DNA of 51,161 bases from Gammaproteobacteria bacterium (GTDB lineage Bacteria; Pseudomonadota; Gammaproteobacteria; GCA-002705445; GCA-002716945). Made by a program: the position numbers and the translations under genes. Each line of letters starts with the position of its first letter. Positions within the stretch are counted from its first letter, which is position 1. The notes under the pieces are model-generated. The model had not been told where the DNA came from, ran no database searches, and saw nothing but the letters and a program-made list of their open reading frames with translations. Shown piece by piece: positions 19,667 to 28,097 of the stretch. The stretch is from positions 1 to 51,161 of the forward strand of contig JAURQW010000024.1 in the NCBI GenBank assembly GCA_030835925.1, given 5' to 3'.

Positions 19667-20051
19667 ATTCTATCTGCATTACTCCATCTTTACCGCCTTC
19701 AAGGGCTTTTTTTGTTATTTCTTTTAGGTTGAGTGAGGGATAATTAAATATATTTAATAACATGGATAAATTTACTCCTGAAATTACATTGACATTTTTC
19801 TTCTGTGAGAATTTTTTAGCAATGTTACTTGGAGTAGAGCCAAACATATCTGTTAAAATTAACACACCATCACCACTATCTAAAACTTTCACATATTGTT
19901 GGGCTAAGTTGATCAAATCTGTAGGTTGATCATAATGATCAATTGATAATAACTCTGTTCTGTAAGGAACAGATCCATATGTAGACTTTGCTGCCAGTAA
20001 TAGTTGAGCGCCTATATCATTATGAGTTAAAAGCAGTAACCCTATATTCAT
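19641..20051 (-). CDS. PTS EIIA, mannose/fructose family
   Basis: LLTHNDIG, VLILTDMFGSTPSN, SGVNLSML. Confidence 0.88.
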   Translation of the reverse strand: MNIGLLLLTHNDIGAQLLLAAKSTYGSVPYRTELLSIDHYDQPTDLINLAQQYVKVLDSGDGVLILTDMFGSTPSNIAKKFSQKKNVNVISGVNLSMLLNIFNYPSLNLKEITKKALEGGKDGVMQIEYESKENSN

Positions 20052-20929
20052 TTTATATCTCTATGCTTCACTAGAATAGTATATTTCTTTCTTAACTCTT
20101 TGGATACATTTTCTGTAATATATACTGATCTATGCTGTCCTCCAGTGCATCCTATAGATATAGTTAGGTAGTTACGGTCACTTTTAAGAAATTTTGGGAT
20201 CCATTTGTTTAAGAATTTCACAATATTAGTTATCAATTCTAGTGATGCAGGGTCTTTTTTGATAAATGACTTTACCTGATTGTCTTTGCCAGACAGAGCT
20301 CTCAAACTTTTGTCCCAAAATGGGTTTGCAAGACATCTCACATCAAATACAAAATCGCTGTCATTAGGAATATTATTCTTATATCCAAAAGATTGAAGTT
20401 GAATGAGCATATCTTCTTTTTTTTGCGAATGCGAGAATCTCATATTTATTTGTCTTTTTAGATCTAGTGGTAGCAGATCATCGGTATCTATGATTAGGTT
20501 AGAATTCTCTTTTAACACTTGCATAATTTCCATCTCTTTAGAAATTGCTTCTTTAAGACTGATTTTATTTTTCGCGAGAGGATGGAGTCGTCTTGTTGCA
20601 TTAAACCTTGATAATAGTATCTTGATTGAGGAATGTAAAAAAATTGTATTTGTTTTAATATTTAAATCAGCTATTTTGTTGTATAAATTATCAACAGACT
20701 TTTTGAAACTCTTGTCTAATTTGATAGATCTTATATCGATACTTATAGCAACTTTATGATAAGACTTTTCTGTTGGATCATTCATTCTTTCAAGAATAGT
20801 TATAATCATTTTTGGAGATAAATTGTCAATACAAAAATATCCTTGATCTTCAAGAGCATGAAGAGCTATTGTTTTGCCTGATCCAGATAAACCAGTAATG
20901 ATTATTAGTTTAGATTGAGGCCTGTTCAT
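20048..20929 (-). CDS. rapZ: RNase adapter RapZ
   Basis: TGLSGSGKT, CIDNL, TRRLHPL, FDVRCLANP, IGCTGGQHRSV, C-terminal HRD. Confidence 0.95.
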   Translation of the reverse strand: MNRPQSKLIIITGLSGSGKTIALHALEDQGYFCIDNLSPKMIITILERMNDPTEKSYHKVAISIDIRSIKLDKSFKKSVDNLYNKIADLNIKTNTIFLHSSIKILLSRFNATRRLHPLAKNKISLKEAISKEMEIMQVLKENSNLIIDTDDLLPLDLKRQINMRFSHSQKKEDMLIQLQSFGYKNNIPNDSDFVFDVRCLANPFWDKSLRALSGKDNQVKSFIKKDPASLELITNIVKFLNKWIPKFLKSDRNYLTISIGCTGGQHRSVYITENVSKELRKKYTILVKHRDIK

Positions 20930-20942
20930 AAATTTATTTTAA

Positions 20943-21392
20943 TTAGTGACTATTAATAATCATCATAACATCGCTTGCAGTATTTGCTGTGCGTATTTTT
21001 TCTCGTAATACTTGATTATCTAATAGAGATGCTATATTCGATAACAACTCTACATGCATTTTATTATTATCATTTGGAACAAATAACGATATTATAATAT
21101 CAACTTTATTGCCATCTATTGAATTGAAGTCTATAGCTTCCGTTAATTTCAATATTATAATCTTGGCATTTTGGATACCCTCAATCCTAGCATGGGGTAT
21201 TGCAATGCCATTTCCAAATGCCGTTGTACCTAACTTTTCTCTCTCATATAACTTTTGAAATATCTCGTCTTTATTTGTTGATGTTAGTTCAGCCATTTTA
21301 TTACTTATAACTTCTAGGGTGTTTTTTTGACTCTTTGAATCACAATCCATTATTATAGACTCTTCAGTTAAAAAATTTGTTATTTCGCTCAT
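20943..21392 (-). CDS. ptsN: PTS EIIA-Ntr
   Basis: REKLGTTAFGNGIAIPHAR. Directly downstream of rpoN. Confidence 0.9.
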   Translation of the reverse strand: MSEITNFLTEESIIMDCDSKSQKNTLEVISNKMAELTSTNKDEIFQKLYEREKLGTTAFGNGIAIPHARIEGIQNAKIIILKLTEAIDFNSIDGNKVDIIISLFVPNDNNKMHVELLSNIASLLDNQVLREKIRTANTASDVMMIINSH

Positions 21393-21394
21393 GT

Positions 21395-22744
21395 TTATTT
21401 TATCTTCCTGTTTTTTGATGTTGGTATTAATAATGTTTCTCTATACTTTGCTACTGTACGTCTTGCAACTTTAATTCCATTTTCATTAAAGTTTTTTGAT
21501 ATATCTGAGTCACTCAAAGGCTTATTTTTATCCTCATTTGCAATAATTTTTGTTATCATTGATTTGATTGCTGTTGAGGATATCATTTTTCCATGATCTG
21601 TACTAATTTCTGATGAAAAAAAGTATTTCATTTCATAAACACCTCTATGTGTTTGAACATATTTATTATTTGTACATCTAGAAACTGTTGATTCATGCAT
21701 ATTGATTTCTACTGCTATGTCTTTTAACGATAATGGCTTCATTGCAATTTCACCTTGATTAAGAAAATCTTTCTGTTTATGAAATATTGCTCTTGCCACC
21801 TTAAGGATAGTGATATTTCTATTATTTAGTGCTTTTAAAAAGAAATTTGCATCTTGCAAATTATTTTTTACATATTCTTGATCAGATTTACTCTTAATTT
21901 TTTCCATCAATTCTTTGTATGCTTTATTGATTCTTATTTTAGGGTTTATTGAGGGATTTAATTCTACCACCCATTTAGAATCTCTTTTCACTATAATAAT
22001 ATCTGGTGTTATGTGTTCATGATGCAATATATCAGAAATAATATTTCCTGGTCTTGGATTAAGTGATTTTATGATATCTTGAGCATTATTCTCTCTCTCA
22101 AATTCTGAAATAAAAGCATCAAAATTTAGCATGGTCGGTTTAATATCATCTTCTAGTTTTTCAATCATATGTTTAGCAGAATCGAAGTTTTTGTGATCTT
22201 GATGATAATATTCAAGTTGTATTAATAGGCAGTCTTTTAACGAGGTCGCGCCAACACCTATTGGGTCAAGATGTTGAATTTTATGAAGAACCGCAAATAT
22301 CTCTTGAAAGGTAGTTTCTAAATTTCGTTTCAACAGTATAAATAGATCTTCAATAGTTTCTGTCAAGAACCCATCATCATTGATATAATCTATAATATTA
22401 TATGCAATGAACTGATCTTGTTGTGACATAGATGATAAATTTATTTGCCACATTAAATATTCCTGAAGCGATTGATGTGATGCAGGAAGTTGTTCATAGG
22501 CATCTTGAGCTACATCTCCAGTAGAAGTAGGGTAACTTAAAGACAATATTGGGCCTTCAGATGAGACCTCAACATGCTCAGATGAATTTTCATTCTCAAG
22601 AAATGGATTTTCAAGGATCTTATCTTCTATTTCTTTTTGTAAATCAATTGAATTTAGCTGTAACAATTTTATCGCAAGTTGAATTTGTTGCGTCATTGCT
22701 AATTTATTATTAATTGATAAGCTTTGCTTTGTCTTAAGACTCAT
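21395..22744 (-). CDS. rpoN: RNA polymerase sigma-54 factor
   Basis: Q/L-rich region I, ENPFLE, HESTVSR helix-turn-helix, RpoN box ARRTVAKYRE. Confidence 0.96.
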   Translation of the reverse strand: MSLKTKQSLSINNKLAMTQQIQLAIKLLQLNSIDLQKEIEDKILENPFLENENSSEHVEVSSEGPILSLSYPTSTGDVAQDAYEQLPASHQSLQEYLMWQINLSSMSQQDQFIAYNIIDYINDDGFLTETIEDLFILLKRNLETTFQEIFAVLHKIQHLDPIGVGATSLKDCLLIQLEYYHQDHKNFDSAKHMIEKLEDDIKPTMLNFDAFISEFERENNAQDIIKSLNPRPGNIISDILHHEHITPDIIIVKRDSKWVVELNPSINPKIRINKAYKELMEKIKSKSDQEYVKNNLQDANFFLKALNNRNITILKVARAIFHKQKDFLNQGEIAMKPLSLKDIAVEINMHESTVSRCTNNKYVQTHRGVYEMKYFFSSEISTDHGKMISSTAIKSMITKIIANEDKNKPLSDSDISKNFNENGIKVARRTVAKYRETLLIPTSKNRKIK

Positions 22745-23463
22745 AATTTGAAGCTATCGCCCAAGTATACGCTTTGAACAATTTTATCTTTGACAATTTC
22801 AGATGGTTTCCCATGTGCTATGACTTTTCCATCACTAATGATATATGATTCATCGCATACTTTTAATGTCTCTCTAACATTATGATCTGTAATTAGCACG
22901 CCTATGTCTACATTTATTAAATCTTTTATGATCTTTTGTATTTCAATAATTGAAATTGGATCTATTCCAGCAAATGGCTCATCTAGTAGTAGGAACTTTG
23001 GCTCAATAGCTAAAGCCCTTGCTATTTCTACCCGCCTTCTTTCTCCTCCTGATAAGCTAGCTCCATTACTATCGAGTATATTTTCTATCTGCAATGTTGA
23101 TACTAGTGAATCTAGTTTTATTTGTCTTTGTTTTAAAGAGAGATGTTTCCTGGTTTCAAGGATTGCCATAATATTATCTCTAACATTTAAGTTTCTAAAT
23201 ATAGAAGGTTCTTGCGGCAAATAACTTATACCCAGGTTAGATCTCAAGTGCATTGGAAGGTTTGTAATATCAGTATCATTTATCTTAATTAGACCGCTAT
23301 TACATTTTATTAGACCCACGAGCATATAAAACGTTGTTGTCTTTCCAGCCCCATTTGGACCCAACAGACCAACGACCTTTTTAGCATGAAGATTTATGCT
23401 TACTTTATCAACAACTTTTTTGTCATTATATTTTTTAACAAGATCCGTACAGTTCAGGTGCAT
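22741..23463 (-). CDS. lptB: LPS export ABC ATPase
   Basis: GPNGAGKTTTF, YLPQEPSIF, LSGGERRRVEIAR, DEPFAGIDP, TDHNVRETL. Confidence 0.96.
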   Translation of the reverse strand: MHLNCTDLVKKYNDKKVVDKVSINLHAKKVVGLLGPNGAGKTTTFYMLVGLIKCNSGLIKINDTDITNLPMHLRSNLGISYLPQEPSIFRNLNVRDNIMAILETRKHLSLKQRQIKLDSLVSTLQIENILDSNGASLSGGERRRVEIARALAIEPKFLLLDEPFAGIDPISIIEIQKIIKDLINVDIGVLITDHNVRETLKVCDESYIISDGKVIAHGKPSEIVKDKIVQSVYLGDSFKL

Positions 23464-24203
23464 TATTTAACCTTTTTAGTTTTTAAGATAGTCTTAACTC
23501 TATTTTGTATTTGTATCTTATCATTTTGGCCTTCTTTTTTAAGCAAAACCCATGTTTTTTTATTAAGATCATACAGCATCGTTTCGCCCTCTAATTCTTC
23601 AGCACGATCATCAGTATTTGATATCCTCTTTGCATTAGAGAGTATTCTAATTTTCCCCGTCTTCATATTCGCTATTACTCCATTACCAGAGGTTTTAGAA
23701 TTCGGAGTAGTTATTGTTGCAAATTCGCTTGTTTCTATAATTTCTTGATTAGGGTATATGATAGCTTTTGACGTTATTATATTAACTTCATTGACTTTAT
23801 TGTTATCATATTTATTAAATATTACATTATCTTTTAAGTATATTGTTTTAAAAAGAGAGTCAGGATCAAGCGCATGGTCTGCTTGGATTATCCAAAAAGA
23901 TTTTTCAGATGATCTTATATTCATAAATGGCATTATGACCTCTGATCTTAAACTATTTGGAAACTTTTCAAGCTTATCTCCAGAAAGTGTCCATGCTAAT
24001 TGTCCATTAACATCTGTTTCAGACATTTCAAAATCATTTAAGAAATGATTAGAAACACTAGAGTCTTTATTAAGCGAATTATAATTTAATGCTTCTGATA
24101 AAATATTATTAATCAACAAAAAGAACGATAACACTATTATAGTTATTAGAATAGTTTTCCTAGAAAATTTTAAAAGGAAATTATTTATTAGATTTTTTAT
24201 CAT
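23463..24203 (-). CDS. lptC: LptC with a C-terminal LptA-like extension
   Basis: One N-terminal TM helix and an LptC beta-jellyroll pattern (NGQLAWTLSGDKL, WIIQADHA, IYLKDNV, GNGVIANMKTGKIRIL), plus about 55 extra residues. Lies between kdsC and lptB. ATG at 24203 preferred. Confidence 0.8.
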   Translation of the reverse strand: MIKNLINNFLLKFSRKTILITIIVLSFFLLINNILSEALNYNSLNKDSSVSNHFLNDFEMSETDVNGQLAWTLSGDKLEKFPNSLRSEVIMPFMNIRSSEKSFWIIQADHALDPDSLFKTIYLKDNVIFNKYDNNKVNEVNIITSKAIIYPNQEIIETSEFATITTPNSKTSGNGVIANMKTGKIRILSNAKRISNTDDRAEELEGETMLYDLNKKTWVLLKKEGQNDKIQIQNRVKTILKTKKVK

Positions 24204-24729
24204 TTTTTGCGAGTACAATCAAATCACAAACATCTCTAACAGCACCAAAACCACCATATCTTGGTGTAATCCAATCTGAGTAATCAGTCAATTTATTATA
24301 GTTTGCATTAGGCACTGTAATTGATAATCCAGCCTTTTCCATTAATTCAATATCCACTATATCATCTCCAACAAAGCAGACTTGATCTAGATTATACTTC
24401 TTTGAAAATCTTTCCTTAAAATCTCCTAATTTATCCCTTGAACCTTGTATAACTTCTGTAAACTTAAGATCTTTAGCTCTGTATTCTACTGCTTTTGAAT
24501 ATCTGCCACTTATTATTGCTAATTCAACATCTAGGTTTCTAACTAACATCAGACCATGGCCATCTTGCGCAAAAAACCTTTTGGATTCAGCGCCATTTTC
24601 ATCTAGTATAATGCCACCATCAGTTAATACCCCGTCTACATCTAGTACAAGTAATTGAATATTTTTAGCTTTTTCAATTATTTTTTGATCAATAGAGTTC
24701 ATTTGTTCATAATATTTAGTATAGTTCAT
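24181..24729 (-). CDS. kdsC: KDO 8-phosphate phosphatase
   Basis: HAD motif LDVDGVLTDG, ISGR, VGDDIVD, GGFGAVRDVCD. Confidence 0.93.
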   Translation of the reverse strand: MNYTKYYEQMNSIDQKIIEKAKNIQLLVLDVDGVLTDGGIILDENGAESKRFFAQDGHGLMLVRNLDVELAIISGRYSKAVEYRAKDLKFTEVIQGSRDKLGDFKERFSKKYNLDQVCFVGDDIVDIELMEKAGLSITVPNANYNKLTDYSDWITPRYGGFGAVRDVCDLIVLAKNDKKSNK

Positions 24730-25697
24730 TATTCAATTCCATTTCTAAGAAGTTCATTAAGAGTTAGCAAGCCAACTACAGTTTTATCATGATTAATAAC
24801 TACTAAAGAAGTTATTTCATTTTTTTCCATTATACTTAATGCTTCAACTGCCATGGTATCTATTGACACCACCAAGGGTTTCTTGGTCATTACTTTATAT
24901 AAGCTTAATGCTGAAATATTTTTATGCTTTTTTAGTACTCTTCTTAGATCGCCATCAGTAAATATTCCTTTGAGTTGTTTTGAAGAATTCAATATTATGA
25001 CAATACCATAATTATATCTCGTAACTACATCAATGGCTTTCATCAAAGGTAGATCCTTATAAACATAAGGTAATTTCTTAGTAAACATTATATCTTCCGA
25101 CTTACGAAGGAGTCTTTTACCTAAACTTCCTTGAGGATGTGATTTCGCAAAGTCTTTAGACGTGAAACCTCTACACTCTAAAAGAGTAATTGCGAGTGCA
25201 TCTGACATCGCTATAGCAGATATAACGCTAGATGTAGGAGCTAAATCTAGAGGACATGCCTCAGATTTGACACCAGAATCTATTATCACATTCGTGTTTT
25301 TAGAAAGCGTCGATCTTTTATTTCCCGTTATGGTAATTAGCGGAATTTTTAGAATCTTGAATAAGGGCAACAAAAGCAACAGTTCTTTTGTTTCACCAGA
25401 ATTTGAGTAAAATATAACAACATCAGATTTCTCAACCAAACCCATATCACCATGCAAAGCTTCTGCCGCATGTAGAAATATCGAAGGACTGCCTGTGCTT
25501 GAAAAAGTTGCAGATGCTTTTTTAGCAACATGGCCAGATTTTCCGAGACCAATTGTAATTATTTTACCTTTACAGGCCAACAAAAGATCACATGCTTTTT
25601 CAAAGTTGCGATCAATCTTTTTTGTTAGTTGATTTAATGCCTGAGCCTCTTTTTTAATTGTTTTTTTGGCAATAGATGCTTTGTCGATATTTCTCAT
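24729..25697 (-). CDS. kdsD: Arabinose 5-phosphate isomerase (KpsF/GutQ)
   Basis: GLGKSGHVA, EALHGDMG, EACPLDLAPTSS, HPQGSLG and two CBS domains. Confidence 0.93.
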   Translation of the reverse strand: MRNIDKASIAKKTIKKEAQALNQLTKKIDRNFEKACDLLLACKGKIITIGLGKSGHVAKKASATFSSTGSPSIFLHAAEALHGDMGLVEKSDVVIFYSNSGETKELLLLLPLFKILKIPLITITGNKRSTLSKNTNVIIDSGVKSEACPLDLAPTSSVISAIAMSDALAITLLECRGFTSKDFAKSHPQGSLGKRLLRKSEDIMFTKKLPYVYKDLPLMKAIDVVTRYNYGIVIILNSSKQLKGIFTDGDLRRVLKKHKNISALSLYKVMTKKPLVVSIDTMAVEALSIMEKNEITSLVVINHDKTVVGLLTLNELLRNGIE

Positions 25698-26667
25698 AAA
25701 CTTATGCCATACAAACTAATTTGATACATTGTGAATAATCCAAGTAATAGTGTACATAAAATCTTACTAAATAAATAATTATGGTTTTTTATTATAATAT
25801 AAAAGCACACCATTGTAATTAGGATCATAATTATATCTCGTAATAAATCTGTAATATATAGTGGTTTAGGGAGCTCTAATGCAAATAAACCAGCTAGACT
25901 TATCACTATAGCAAAATTAAATATATTAGATCCAAGGATATTACCAATTATAAAATCAACATTTTTCTTTCTAGCAGACTCAATGCTTGATGCTAATTCA
26001 GGAATACTTGAACCTATCGCAGTAATTGAAAGCCCTATTACATAATTTGATATGCCATAATGTTTAGCAACTATAATACTACTATTTAATAATAACTCAG
26101 TCCCAACCAAAAGAGTCAGTAATCCAAATATCAGGTTTGCGAATACCCTCGCATTACTTTTTAAGTCTTCTGAGTTTACTTTCTTATAATTTTTTGAATC
26201 TTGATAGACGAATTTCTTATATAAAAATACAAGGATAAAAAAAGAAATTATTAAAAGTATAGAATCATTAACTGAGATCGTGCCATCTTTAAGTATTAAA
26301 AATACTAGTATAGAAATTATTATCAGAATAAACATGAAACCATATGTTTCTCGATCAATAAATCTGTTAACAGGTAATATATCTTTTTTAAGAAACAAAT
26401 AACTAATAGCAAATACAAACGCGATATTTGAATATTTGATCCTAATGCATTACCAATAGCTATATTAGATTCACCATCGAGACTGGATATGATTGAGATG
26501 AATATTTCAGGAGAAGATGTAGCTAAGCCAATAAAAATAAAACTAGATAAAAAATAAGAGATATTATATTTTTTTGAGATATTCTCGGTAGATGCAACAA
26601 GCACATTCGCTCCATAGCTGACCAATGCGAGACCTAAGACAAATAATAAAAAAACTGTGATTGTCAT
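25694..26667 (-). pseudogene. yrbG: Calcium/sodium antiporter YrbG split by a 1-bp frameshift (pseudogene or sequence error)
   Basis: The 5' ORF has alpha-1 motifs ATSSPE and GNALGSNI. The 3' ORF has alpha-2 motifs GSSIPEL and GNILGSNIFN. Adding one base near 26431 restores GSNISNIAFVFAISYLFLKKD and joins the two. Confidence 0.85.
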
Positions 26668-26687
26668 AAGGAAACTTATGTTAAAGC

Positions 26688-27431
26688 TTAATAATCTACA
26701 CCTATCACATCGATTTCAAAATCTTCTTCCGATTCCCCATCATTAACCATGGATTCACGCTTTTGTAGATAAGATTCTCTGATAAAGATATATTTATCTT
26801 TAGCAGCAGTATCAAGTATTTTTGTTGCTCTGAGTAGTCTTGCGCGTATATCAATTACACTCAAAGTATCTAATGCAAGCTCTTCTTTATTATGAAGCTG
26901 TTGAACAGGCGATATTTGTCTATCTGCATATAAACCTGGAGCATCTCTAAATGAGCTTGATCCAAAAAAAGGTAATACCAAATAAGGTCCTTGTGGCACA
27001 CCCCAGTAACCTAAAGTTTGTCCAAAATCTTCCTTATTTTTAGTCAATCCTATAGGCGTAGCAACATCGAAAATACCAAGAATTCCTACAGTGGTATTTA
27101 TAGAGAATCTAAGAAAATCATAACCAGCTTGTTGAAATTTAAATTGAAATACATCATTTGCTATCGTGCTCACTTCTCCAAGATTACTAAAAAAATTTGA
27201 TACTCCAGTTTCAATGGGGTCAGGAGTTACATATTTATACGTTTTTGCAACAGGTTCTAAGACATTATCATCGACAACTTCATTAAACCCAAACATTGCT
27301 CTATTAAAAGGCTCTAAAGGATCATTTTTAGAATTGCCTGTTGTACTGCAACTAGATAATAAAAATACTAAAATAATAGAGGATAAAATTGAGTACCTTG
27401 GTGAAAATTGATAAATTTTTGAATATTTCAT
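26688..27431 (-). CDS. mlaA: VacJ/MlaA outer-membrane lipoprotein
   Basis: Lipobox LSSC, DPLEPFNR, EDFGQTLGYWG, GPYLVLPFFG. Confidence 0.94.
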   Translation of the reverse strand: MKYSKIYQFSPRYSILSSIILVFLLSSCSTTGNSKNDPLEPFNRAMFGFNEVVDDNVLEPVAKTYKYVTPDPIETGVSNFFSNLGEVSTIANDVFQFKFQQAGYDFLRFSINTTVGILGIFDVATPIGLTKNKEDFGQTLGYWGVPQGPYLVLPFFGSSSFRDAPGLYADRQISPVQQLHNKEELALDTLSVIDIRARLLRATKILDTAAKDKYIFIRESYLQKRESMVNDGESEEDFEIDVIGVDY

Positions 27432-27490
27432 AATTATTGCTTAAATATGTTTAATTTATTTCCTATAATATTGATATTATACCTTTAACT

Positions 27491-28081
27491 ATGAAAATAC
27501 TTAAATACATAATTGCTATTTTTATTCTTTTTTCTTCATATTCATTTGCTAGTGATGGTCCAGATGTGTTTCTGAAAAATAGCGTAGAAGAAATATCAGA
27601 ATTTATATCAGAAAACAAAGATAGCCTAGATACTGATGAAAATTATCTAAGAGCAAAAGTTGATGAATTAGTTATACCAAAACTTGACATCAAGCTCATG
27701 TCAAAAATTGTATTAGGCAAAAAGAACTGGACATCTATGAACCCAAACCTACGTACGAAATTTCAACAAGCTTTTAGAACCCTCATGGTTAAAACATATA
27801 TGAAATCGCTAACAAGTTTTGATGGTGAAAAAATAAAGTTTTTACCTTATAAAAAAGGTGAACGCCCAGATGTAGCTAGAGTAAAGTCAGTTTATCTTCT
27901 CAATGAAGGAGAATTGAGTGTAAACTATAGTCTAAAACTTAATAAATCTGCAGAATGGAAAGTTTACGACATTAATATCGATGGAATAAGCCTCATTAAA
28001 AATTATAGGTCAGATTTTAAAAGTCATATTGAAAGAGATGGTATTGATTCTTTAATAGAAGAATTAGAAGCCAAACAATAA
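27491..28081 (+). CDS. mlaC: MlaC/Ttg2D periplasmic phospholipid shuttle
   Basis: Signal peptide ending SFA, MSKIVLGK..W, WKVYDINIDGISLIKNYRSDF...GIDSLI. Confidence 0.9.
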   Translation: MKILKYIIAIFILFSSYSFASDGPDVFLKNSVEEISEFISENKDSLDTDENYLRAKVDELVIPKLDIKLMSKIVLGKKNWTSMNPNLRTKFQQAFRTLMVKTYMKSLTSFDGEKIKFLPYKKGERPDVARVKSVYLLNEGELSVNYSLKLNKSAEWKVYDINIDGISLIKNYRSDFKSHIERDGIDSLIEELEAKQ

Positions 28082-28097
28082 TATTAAATTAATAAAT

